DNA from: Perna viridis
Lineage: Eukaryota
Length of the DNA: 64,000 bases
Reading direction: 5' to 3'
Assembly: GCA_037379345.1 (NCBI GenBank)
Contig: CM074513.1
Location: forward strand, 37,196,885-37,260,884
In this document: positions 39,101 through 51,100 of the stretch, one piece after another
Position numbering within the stretch: the first letter of the stretch is position 1
Layout: the number at the start of each line of letters is the position of its first letter
Notes under the pieces: model-generated
Databases searched by the model: none
Told to the model about the DNA's origin: nothing
What the model saw: the letters and a program-made list of their open reading frames with translations, nothing else
Program-made: the position numbers and the translations under genes

Positions 39101-42100
39101 CAATCAGTGCATGGATACAGCCTTTCTCTGACCTTAACAGTTATATTGTTGCCAAGACAACTGATGATGGTTCAAGGTTCTTTTATACCCTGAAGGTCAC
39201 CACAGGGGGTTCTGGAGCTATTTTCTTGTTTGGATATGCTGTATCAGGAAGTAGTGTAAGTATCTGGTAGTTAAATGATTTCCAATACCTGTATATTTGC
39301 ATATGTTTGCTAAAGTTCTGGGAGATTTGCATCAGTCTACTGGAATTTGATGGTAACCTCAAGATAATTTAAATAATGTATGATTTGCATTCATGAATTG
39401 GAATGAAATATCAAACTTTATTAATATCAATTATCAATACAGTACATGTGCTTCATTCTGTGTTGAAACTCACCAACGGAAGTTTAGTTGTCAGAAGATA
39501 ACCCCTATCTTTGACATAACATAGGTTTCTATTTAAAGGATGTATTTTGAAATTATAAAATTCAAATAACATATCTTATAATTTCCTTGAAACAATACAA
39601 GTATTTTTTTAATTAAATTTTGTACAATTTTGTATTTTTATTGATTGTCTCCCCTTACAGAGTAACCAACAGATCTCTATGACAACCTCTAAGAACCTGA
39701 AGGATGGACAGTGGCATCATATCCTTGTTACTGTTGACAGTGGTGCTGTAAAGTTCTTCCTCAATGGACAGTTGATTGGCTCCAAGTGAGTTTAATTCAG
39801 TTGGCTTAGTAAAGCATATTATACTGAAGATTTATTTGTTGATGAAGTTTTAATTTGATCGCTCATGTAAAACAATGCAACAAAAATGGCCAGCCTGTGG
39901 TAAAACAATGATAAAATAGAGTTTCCATGATTCTATTCTATTAGGACTAGATTCTTTGCATTTTTTTAATAGACACAGCCAATGAGTTGGATGAAATGTT
40001 GGTCATGTAATAATCTCTTTGTTACCATGGCAGTGGTCTAAAGAGCTTTGAAGCACATCATATTAGAATGTACTATTATAGCTGAACATAATAACATGTC
40101 TTTAATGATTACACATGTAGGAATTATCTATGACTTTCACATGTCTTTAATGATTACACATGTAGGAATTATCTATGACTTTCAGATGTCTTTAATGATT
40201 ACACATGTAGGAATTATCTATGACTTTCATATGTCTTTATAGTATGAAGATAATAATTTTGGGACCTATATTTTCATATGTTTTATTTTCTTAATTGGTG
40301 TTTCCATGACAACAAGGAGGAAAATAATTTTGATTTACAAACTGTTGTTATACTAGAAGGGCATACTTGAAGAAAAAAATATTTGTAGGTGAATATTAAA
40401 CATTTCATTTCCAGCCAAATTTGGTCTTTAGAGAAAAAAAAGTGTTAAATATAATTAAGTGAATGCTTAGTTGTGAAACTTTATTAGTTATCGCCCCTGT
40501 GGTAAATTTAGTGTCTTTTTTTTTTCTTTTTTAGAACATTAGGATCACAGCCTCTGATAGATTTGACAGGAAAGTTATATGTAGGAGCTATTCCTCCAGG
40601 AAATGAGAGGTTTATTGGTTATTTACAGGATGTCAGAATATATACAAGAAAACTTACTGATGTGTAAGGATAGGAGTTTAATAGTACTCTTCAAGATTAG
40701 AAAAAAATATTATTTTATGATTGAAGAAATAGTACATTATTAATAAAATTAAGGATACGGGTTATGTTAATGATATTTACCAGAATTGTCTAGTATTTGA
40801 AATACTTTATTTAAAGAATCTGAATGATGTGCACTTGGTAATACACAAGGTGAATGGGGTAGTCATCCTGAAAGCAAGAGTATTAAGTAGTAGCGTATGT
40901 ATTGGCTTTGATCAATGAGTTCAATGCAAAAGTTTGTTTGGTTTTTATACTGGTAATAGTCTACAAAAGTTTGTTTGGTTTTTATACTGGTAATGGTCTA
41001 CAAAAGTTTGTTTGGTTTTTATACTGGTAATAGTCTACAAAAGTTTGTTTGGTTTTTATACTGGTAATAGTTGGTCTACAAAAGTTTGTTTGGTTTTTAT
41101 ACTGGTAATGGTCTACAAAAGTTTGTTTGGTTTGCCTGTTCATTTACATTTCTGTATTTTATGTGTACTTATGTCTTGAAGTACATTGTATTTCAAAACT
41201 TATATTTTTTTTTCATTGAAGTGAAATCAAAGAAATATTTGCTCTTCCTGCTCAGAAAGATCTTACTCCTGTATCTGGTTATTTGTCATTCCATGAGGCT
41301 CTGAGGGAGCAGACAATTATAGTTACGTCAACACAGGATTCTGAGGAGGAAAGTAGTGAACTATTTACTATTAGGCTGTTAACAGCCAACAATGGAGGTG
41401 CTCTGTCACACAGTGATAGCACTGCTAGACTTACAAGTGAGTATAAGAATAATGTTTTCAGGTTTTTTTTTATCATTTGGCTACACAAAGCTCATTATTA
41501 GATTCTCACCTAGCTTTCAAACAATTTTATGGGAGAGAGAAAGGTAGGGTTTTATTATATTCTTTTTATTTATTTCCATTTTTATAGTACATAACTGCTG
41601 ATTAATGTTTTGTAAACACATAACTGTAAATAAACATACATAGAATGGACCATGTAATGCTCATCAAATTTCTCCTATCTATAAAATTCATTAATACATG
41701 TATTTGTTTTAGTTGAGAAGAGTGACAATGCCAATGGTGTGTTCAGTATCCGTATATGTTCCCCTAACCAAGCCTTGACTGAAAATGCTGTTATATCCTG
41801 TACCATAGAGAGACAAAGAGGTGATGATGGAGATGTAACTATCTCCTGGGCTGTATTCCAGTCTGTAGGTGGCGGGGAAATAGAGGCATCACAGGATTTT
41901 GTTAACAGCAAGGGAACCATAACATTTCCTGCTGGAGAGAGACTGAAGGTAAGATATTGAGGGATCTTTTTCTAACTTTGTATATGTATTGAGTATCATA
42001 AATACAGATCCAGTTCAAATAACAAAGTTATTGTTTTTACCCTCAAAAGTATGTTGCATCATGGCAGGGTATCAGTTATGCTCTATTAGATGGTCTGTTT

Positions 42101-45100
42101 TTAAGTACCTAGTAGTAACTACAATATACTATAAACATTTAAATTTTCACATTTCCTGTCAAGTGAAGATATTAAGTGATTTTTTTTTTTGCTTTAAAAA
42201 ACAATTAGTGATTTATGGTGTATAAAAAACAATTTCACAGGTGCAATTTTTTGGTCTTTTCTGTCCATCATGAAAACAGGAAAATTAAAATGATTACAGT
42301 AATTTCTCTGAAGAATTTATTGATATGAACAAAAACAAAATAAAATGATTAAACTTAATTAAAGTCTGAATTTGTAATCAAATAGATGCCTTGTGTTTTT
42401 TAATATACATGATCTTTTATTATCCTGGTTCCCTAAGAGAATGTTGTTGATATTATTTCCAGCACTTCAATGGAGAAAACTTAACACTATCCTAATTTAT
42501 TACTTTTAGACAGTGACCTTAACCATCCTGGATGATGACCTTCCTGAAATTGATGAGATATTTCATGTCAGACTCGTATCTGTGTCCAGTGGCGATGGGA
42601 GCACTGGTTCCACAAACACTAGTGGGGCCAGTATAGACCTGACAAAAGCTAGCTCTGTAGTGACAATATTAAAGAATGACCATTCTAATGGTGTTCTACA
42701 GTTCAGTAACAGGACCAACCCTCCCTCTCCTGGTGGGGGAATTATACCAATTTCGACCGTGGAACCTATTGTAAGTAATTAGTTTATTAGGATAAGTTTA
42801 TGTTAAATGAATAGAGTTATCTTTTATTACAATCTTATTTACACAATTTGTATTAATTACGTGTATTACAGTTTTGTCATTTTAGTCTAAAATTTTATTT
42901 TATTTATCTTTGCTATTTTTAGAAAATTCTGACATAATATAACTTAAAGATTTCACAATATTAATTTTAATTATTGGGAATTTTAATAAGTAAGTTGTAC
43001 TTTTTACAATAATATAACATAATTCTGAATGTAGTTACTATCAAACCCAGTATCCTTTGATTCATGCAAGTCTATTTTATATGTGAGTAGATCACCTCTG
43101 AAAACATGCAACATTATTTATATTCATAACAGATCAAAGTTCTTGAGGAGGCCGGTACATTAGCACTTATGGTAGTTAGAGCTCAGGGAACTGCTGGGTA
43201 TGTTACTGTGGAATGGAGAACAACTGATGGAACAGCAAAAAGTTCTGGCAATTCAGGATCAGATTATAAGGTAGGTAGTACATGTGCTTGCCTTAAGTAA
43301 AGACCCGTACTTTGTGTTATTCTAAACAGTTCTGACAGTACTGTTCCTGTTGTCACGAAGGAGATTTTTGCCAAAGACTGAATAGACAGTGAGGTAAAGT
43401 TTACATTTTCAGGTATGTGATGAACTGATGTGTTTTTCATATGTTTTGGTGACTCTTTATTTCCTTGGTGATATTCGACATTGCAAAGAATTTACATGAA
43501 AATGATATGTATTTATGTTTTAGACCAGTTTATAATTGTACAGATTGTTTATCAAACATCCTATTTATTTAACTGTCCTAGATCTCTTGATAGCAGTTCT
43601 GACTCTGGCTCCAACACAAAACTACAGCCTGTGGCTTCCACACCCAAAACATGTCTCACATACAAAGTTAAATTTAGCAGAGCAAATTTCATCATTCCAT
43701 AACTGGTCATCGTCCCTTCTTAGAAAAACACAATTTGAAGTGTCATCGTTAGGTTGGTTTGGTGCCCATCGGATGAAGGTGAATGGTTTAGTGATAGATA
43801 CATCAGTTGCCCACATCCATTGTTTGGTCTTAGATACAAATGCACCACTTGTCCACCATCCTTCTGCCTTGCTATGGCCTGAAATAGACATCAGTGTATG
43901 TTTAAATTAATGCATGGTTCAAAAGACAAGATATTCTGTTTCAATTCATCACTGCTCTTTTACAATTAAATGTAATTATCAGATTAATAAATTACATAAA
44001 AGAAAAAATGTTGTTTTTTTAAGATATGTTTTAAAATATAGTTTATGGTTATTTGAATTGCAAATTTCAGACAAATCAAATTCCATCACAGTAGCAAACA
44101 AAGTTATAGAAAATAATCTGGTTTGCTCTGAGAGAACTAACCAATCAAATGGCTTGTTAAAAACCAAGTTGAATTATATTATTCTGTCAAATACATGTAA
44201 TTCACTTGTATAAAGTTTGTATATCTGTTTGAGTCAAGATACCATTGATAACCTCTGTTCTTAGTTTATTCTTAATTAGTTACAAAATTTTGTATTGTTT
44301 ACAAATTGTAAAAATGTAAGACAACAAATCATGCTGTCACATCCATCTCAGATACTTCATTTTGGTACTCTATTGCTTCAAAAAAGAAAAAAAGGTTTTT
44401 TTTTTCAAGTAGTGTTCAATACTATTATATACAACAGCTAAAGCATTTAGGGATGTATAATGGTATTATGCTGTCATTGTTGCTGGTGTCTTTTCACTTT
44501 TGTTCCTTTACGATAACCTAAAAATCTTTTTGAAATTTTTCAGGTCTATCTTTTATTTGACACATATTTTTATACTCATCTGGTACTTTGATTGGCCTGT
44601 TCAGTCAATTGTTTTAAATGTCACCTTAAGTTTGTACAAGTCCTGTAGAGATGAAATTGTCATGATATTCCACACTCTTAGTCCTTTCTTTCCAATAATT
44701 ATAGGTAATACTTAAGTACCCATATAACCAATTAATCCACATCATAAAATTGCTTTATTAAGTATAAAAATGTAGTTCAACATCTTTGTACATGCATTAT
44801 AGAGGTTTGTGGTTTTTTAAATGACAGGAAAATTCATTTACCTCTTCCCAGTTGAAGCTACAGGACACAATCCAATTTTTATTGAATTATTTTTTAACAA
44901 TTTTTTTTGTTGACATTCAACTTTAACTGATTTTGAAATCACTGTAAATTTGATCAATATTGAATTATTTTGGACGTGGAGTTTACTTAGAAAATTACTG
45001 TAACATTATTTCCCCCTGTGAGAAGATGTCAGTTGTTCGTATTCTTTTATATATTGGAATTCATTTGTTTAGGAAGTCATTAACAATCACTTTTGTTCAG

Positions 45101-48100
45101 ATTTTCATTTGTCAGATTGGTAGTAATTGAAAACTGAAAATTTAATTTTTAATGTTTTTCATTACTTTTCCATATTGAGTTAAAACTTTGAATGAAATAT
45201 GATTTTCAACAAGGATTAAAATTGTTGGTTTTTTTTAAGTATTTTGAGTCTAAAAACAAGTAATTTATTTCAAAGTAAATGGGGTACATAAATAGTCATG
45301 CATAAAGCATTGTAAAGAAATATATGTACACTAACTAGTAGAATTTATGGAGAGAATGGTAAGAAAAATTTTCCTTCAATCACAAAATCACAAAAAAAAA
45401 ATGTTAATTCATAAATTCTGAAACAGAAAAGTGAAGAATGTTACAGAGTATTATCATAGAGACAAAATGGTTTAGTACATTGTTTATCAGATAAGATAAT
45501 TCCCTGAAAAAAAAATACATCTAGCATCAAGTATCTTATGAATAAAAAAAAATGTAAGGCTATCAACTTTGGGTGTAAAATGAATCCAAATCTAATTCCT
45601 GTTTATATGACTTAGCTGTTTAATATTTATGATTACTTCATGTATGTGCCTTATTGCTAGACTTTGGATCTTTTTATAACATTGATAGTAAAACCTGTCA
45701 TCAACCACCTGTAATAATCTGTCTTAAATGACTATAATTAAAATATCCTATGTAACGTATTATTTGTGAAATAAACCTGTATATTAAGACCACCTGTTTT
45801 ATGTGACCATGATTTTGGTCCTCCTTGGAAGTTCCATTAAGTCAGCTTTTACTGTATGTACATATTTATAAGTTACAGAGCTCAATTTACAACATGATAA
45901 AATTCTTGTTAAATTCTATCCAAATATTTCAAGAAGAACTATCTACTATAAACAAATTCAAACTATATAGAAAATTGGAATTTACTGACCTTGATGGTTT
46001 TTGATGAGGTAAGTCAAAACATAATGTTCCTGAACAGTATCCAAGGCAACAAGATTACTTCCGAGGGCTATGCAGTATTCATTGGCCTCGTACCATGTAG
46101 TGTTAAAGTTAGACATCAGATAACAAGTCTGTAGCTTGTCTGCATCGACAGTGTGGAAACCAGCAGGACATGGGTTCTGTGATGAAAAATGACGAATTTC
46201 ACGTTTAGAATGTCCAGATTGTCCACTGTCAATTTTGTCCTCCATTCGCCTAAGCCCTTGTGAAACATCTCTTGAAAGTTGGCTAAAGGATTGAGAAAGT
46301 TTTCTCTCCATGCGACCAATTTTTCTTTTAAGTCTGAAGACCTCTTGTTCTAATCCTTCTCTATTTCCATCATTTGTGGATCTCTTCAGTCTTTCATGAA
46401 TGTTCTCATGTTTAGAAACTTCAGGTTGAAATGAGAGAAAGTTCTTTAGTCCTGATTGCTCTCCCTTTGTGTTTTTCACTACATTTATTTCATACGTATA
46501 GTTTTCTAATCTGATGATGCACTTTTCTGAATTTAAGTTTTTCCCATGGCTCAGAAGTGAAAGTGTAACCAATAAGAAGATGTTGACCAAACACATGTTC
46601 ATTGTTTTACTCGACATTATTTTACTGATGATAGTGTACATTTACAGTAAGGTCTTTCAACAAAATTACTTATGAATTATTCAAATGTCTTTTGATATGA
46701 AAATTGTGCACCAACTGTTAATTATTAAGTGTGCATATTATCATGTTATCCCACAATATGCATGCAAAATGACAAAGTTCTCTACAACTTTTATGAATAG
46801 TATATTCCTCTCATTATGTCACTTTTAGCATCTCGTCCATGCACTGAACAAATCAAGCCTTTTTCACTCTGTAAAAACATTTAAATTGAATTGTAGCTTT
46901 TATTCAACAGTGATTATGGAAACTCTGGCTTAACATATGGGCGGATTGATTTATGGTAGAACTTATGAATTTTATTTGATTTTCAATAAGTTGTTTACAG
47001 GGTTTCAAAGGAAATGTTAAATCATAAGCAGTTGTTGTTTTGCATAACTTTCCAGAGAAGCGTGGCTAATCTCTCACCATCCTTTGAAGATTGAATAGAT
47101 ATGGCATATGAAATTATCATCTAAATTTCATTCAAAATTTGGACCAGTTTTTTTACCATTGTATACACTATAAGTATTTATTTGATCTGTCAAATTGAAG
47201 GTTATAATTTATGGGTGTTTTATTTACGATTTCTTCCTTTATAATTCATGCTGATACATTGTATAACATTTATTGTAAGTTATCAGGTGAAAATAACAAC
47301 AAAGTATCAGAACAACAATTGATTTTAGCATATTGTCTTGAGGAACAAGTCCTATGAATTTATTCTTATTGAATCTTACTTTGTTTTAGTAAAGTGTTGT
47401 TCATTATTTGCCCTTTTAGCTCATATCAATTTTCATATGTTGTCTGTCATCTGTAAACTTTTAACGTTTTGCTAACAAGGAAACTCCTTGACTGGTTTTA
47501 ACCAAATTTTTCAGGGTTAATGTATTTAAAAAGCCTAAACAACTTATTTATTTTTGTTCTTTTTCTTACAAGAGTGATATACAGAGCTATAATTTTATCT
47601 GTCTGTCAAAAATTTTTCCTGTATAGATAAAATGGGATCAAAAGTAAACTGATGACATCTTGTTCATAGTCTGAACTATAAACTTAGTTCTCTTTTAAAC
47701 ACCATTTCAGTTTTATGCTTAGACTAGTAGCAGTGTCTTATTAATGTAGAAAAATAATCAGACTTCTTTCTGTTTTCTTTGTTAAGTTTGTACATGCATT
47801 ATGACTACAGTTCATATTTAAGAAGGAAACTTTGTTTTTTATTCACAGGCAGATGTTGGCAAGTTGGAGTTTAAAGATGGCCAACAGTATCACTTTATTA
47901 ACATAGATATCATTGACAATAATAAACCTGAAACAGATAAGACATTCTATGTACAGCTGCTTAATCCTACAAATGGAGCCACTTTAGATGTGGCATCAAC
48001 TGTCACCATAGTGATCAAGGCCTCTGATGGTGCCTTTGGAAAGTTCCAGTTTAATAATTCTGCTCTAAATGTAGAAACAGAGGAACTTGGTGACTCTGGG

Positions 48101-51100
48101 TACAAGTCTGTGTTCCTACAGGTATTATATTGTAAAAACATTTAGTATACTATCATTATCTCCTTTGATTTAATGCAATCAAAATGTTATATTTTTTTAT
48201 AATCTTGTGAAGTTAATCACTTTTCTAAGCTCTCTTGAGATGAATGTACACTAAAATAGTATTTATTGACAAAACATGTGCATTTAAATCATCAATCCTG
48301 AATATCTGTTTGCAGGTTGACAGACTGCAGGGAAGTATTGGTTCAGCAATTGTTACCTGGGAGGTCATTGGTAACCAAGAGAATGACTTTATTGAACAAA
48401 GTGGAACATTGACTTTTGCTCATGGCCAAGTAAAACATAACCTTGAAATTAAAGTCAGGGCTGATACACTTCCAGAGCTAGATGAGTCTTACCAAATTCA
48501 ATTGAAATCTGTTGATCAGGTATTGGTTATCAGTTTAATTTTGTTGTTGTTGTAGAAACAAAGGAGTAAGATAGTGAGAAAATTATAGATTTTATTTTAT
48601 AATTGTCACATTTGTTTTATAAAACTTTCTTAGTAGATTTAAGGTTACTTCAGCCATATATGGGTTATTTCTTGTGTTTTTGGTGTTTTTGGTGATTTTG
48701 GTGTTTTTTTATGATTTTGGTGTTTTTGGTGATTTTTATACATAAGTGTTTTATATATTTATTCAGTGAAGTAAATTTTTCTTTGACAGGGAGAACTTGG
48801 TGCTTCAGATAGACTTGTGTCAGTATTAACCATTTTAGCCAATGATGATCCCTATGGACTATTTGTCTTCCCAAGTGACATGAGACCTCTACAGGTTGAG
48901 GAAACCTACAAAAGTAGGTAGAATCAGGGATCATTTGGAGGGAGTTATGTGTCAAATTTCCAATCAAATTCTAAAATGCCCCATGAAATGACTCAAATGA
49001 GTCATGGCCCACAAAAATAGAAACACCCATTAAACCTAAGTAGAATTAAGTAAATTGATTGTTCCTTTTCACGTAATATCACTCCCCATTGATGTATACA
49101 CTAGAGGATCTTTAACCCATTGGATCAGGATTCCAAAATTATTCCTGAGAATAAGAAAATCTCTTAAGACCTTTCCCTGAACCTTTCTTAAGTAATACTT
49201 CCCCCAAAAAATCTCTTTGTTTCAGTATCATTAATTTTAACTTTTTGATGCTCAGTAATTGAAGTATTTGGTGACAAAGGTTAGTCGTGTAGATAGTATT
49301 AACTAAGACAATAATACAATTCCATGTTTAGACTAATGTACATTTTGTAAGATGGCTCTTGAAAAATCCAATGCTTTACCAGTATGCATCCTTAATTTTA
49401 ACAGGAAAACTCAGTGTAATTCATGACTGGATTCTGAAATGCCCTGTTACATTAACGTTCACTGCATGTGCTGGAGGGTAATGCATTCATTCTATTTTAA
49501 CAATTCATTTGTTTTCTCAGATATATCACTGACAATAAACAGACTGCAGGGGACATTTGGGACTGTAGATGTATACTACAGAACACTTGGGCCATCAGAA
49601 ACACATCCTATGGTCCCTTCTACTGTGAGACGAGCAGAGGCTGGGGATTATAGAGCCACTGAAGGTATGGTGAGATTTCTACCTACTGAGACTGAAAAAG
49701 CTATCAATGTTACTATAATGGATGATACTGACCCAGAAAATGACGAGTCATTCTATGTTATACTGATTAATTCAACACTTCAGAGCTCTCCTCAACCAAG
49801 GCAAGGTATGTACTGTTAAAAACTGTGTTTCCTTTCTGGCAGAACTACATTAGTATTTATTGTAACTATACATCTTATTCCTTCTTAGGCTGGACCAGGT
49901 AGATAATGTTCATTACTGCACTCCATTGCTCAAGACAAGGAATGAAATATACAGAACAATAATACACCTTATTCCTTCTGACTAGTCAATATCTGGTTTA
50001 TTTTTCTTGTATTGTACAATAGTGAAAATAAGTTTTCAGTTGCTTTGTTATGTTATAAGGATATTTGTTTTGATGGAGGAAATACTTTTTTCAACTTTGT
50101 TTCAGAGTAATACTTTAAAGATTAAAACTGGATTGGTGTATCATATGGACTTGTGTGTCTATAAGGCTACATTGTACAAACCAAATCTTGTCTGTAGATG
50201 TTTCCTGGTTAACTACTGTATCCCTCCACTAGGCTCTATTATACATATATGAAATTCACTTGTCATTTTAAATCAGTGAAACTGTTCCTGATATACTATA
50301 CTTATTTGCATAAGGGGTAGGGGTTTCACACTGAGTGTTGCACAGGTGTAAAATCTTTGAAATAAAGAATATACAATCAGCACAGGATATTAACTATATT
50401 TCCAACTAAAATTTCAGTCCTGTCTGAGAGCACTGTTTCATATATACACATCACATATATTAGTTTACCTTGCCTTTCATATTTTTCTATTTCAGTTGCT
50501 AATTCTCCTAGAATAGGTGTCAATACAGAGATGTTATCACAGGTGATGATCATGAGTAATGATATAGCAAATGGAGTCCTGGAGTTATCTCCTATTTCTG
50601 TCAGTATCTTAGAGAACTCAACAACTATTGGAGTAAAACTCATCAGAAGAGGAGGTACATTTGGACAGGTATAGGATTAATATAGTGGAAATGATTCCAT
50701 TACCTACTCCCTCTTTGTTTTTTTTGTTTTTAATTTATGTCTCCTTTTATGGTCTAATCTTAGTATTTCAATTTGTTCTAATTTATTGTACTAATGCTGA
50801 TATTTATTGAAGGAATGCAAACAATATTTTTTAACATAATTATTATTTTGTCTCACTATTATTTTTATATTTTACAGGTAACAGTGAAGTTTAGAGTAAT
50901 CAATGGCACTGCTAAGGAACATGAGGATTTTGAAGTTTTATCAACTACAGCAATATTAGTAGATGGGGCAGGAAGTGTGGATCTACCTGTCAGGATTATC
51001 AATGATAATGTACCTGAGTCGAATGAGACATTTTACATAGAGCTACTGAAACAGATAACAGGGGGAGGAGTGTTAGGGACAGATTCTACCACTATGGCTG

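Noticed and set aside
40927-41133. Shared 37-bp period and ATACTGGTAA 10-mer with the 27.8-kb array, suggesting common origin
   Set aside because: The rest of the units do not align, and a 10-mer match in AT-rich DNA is weak evidence.
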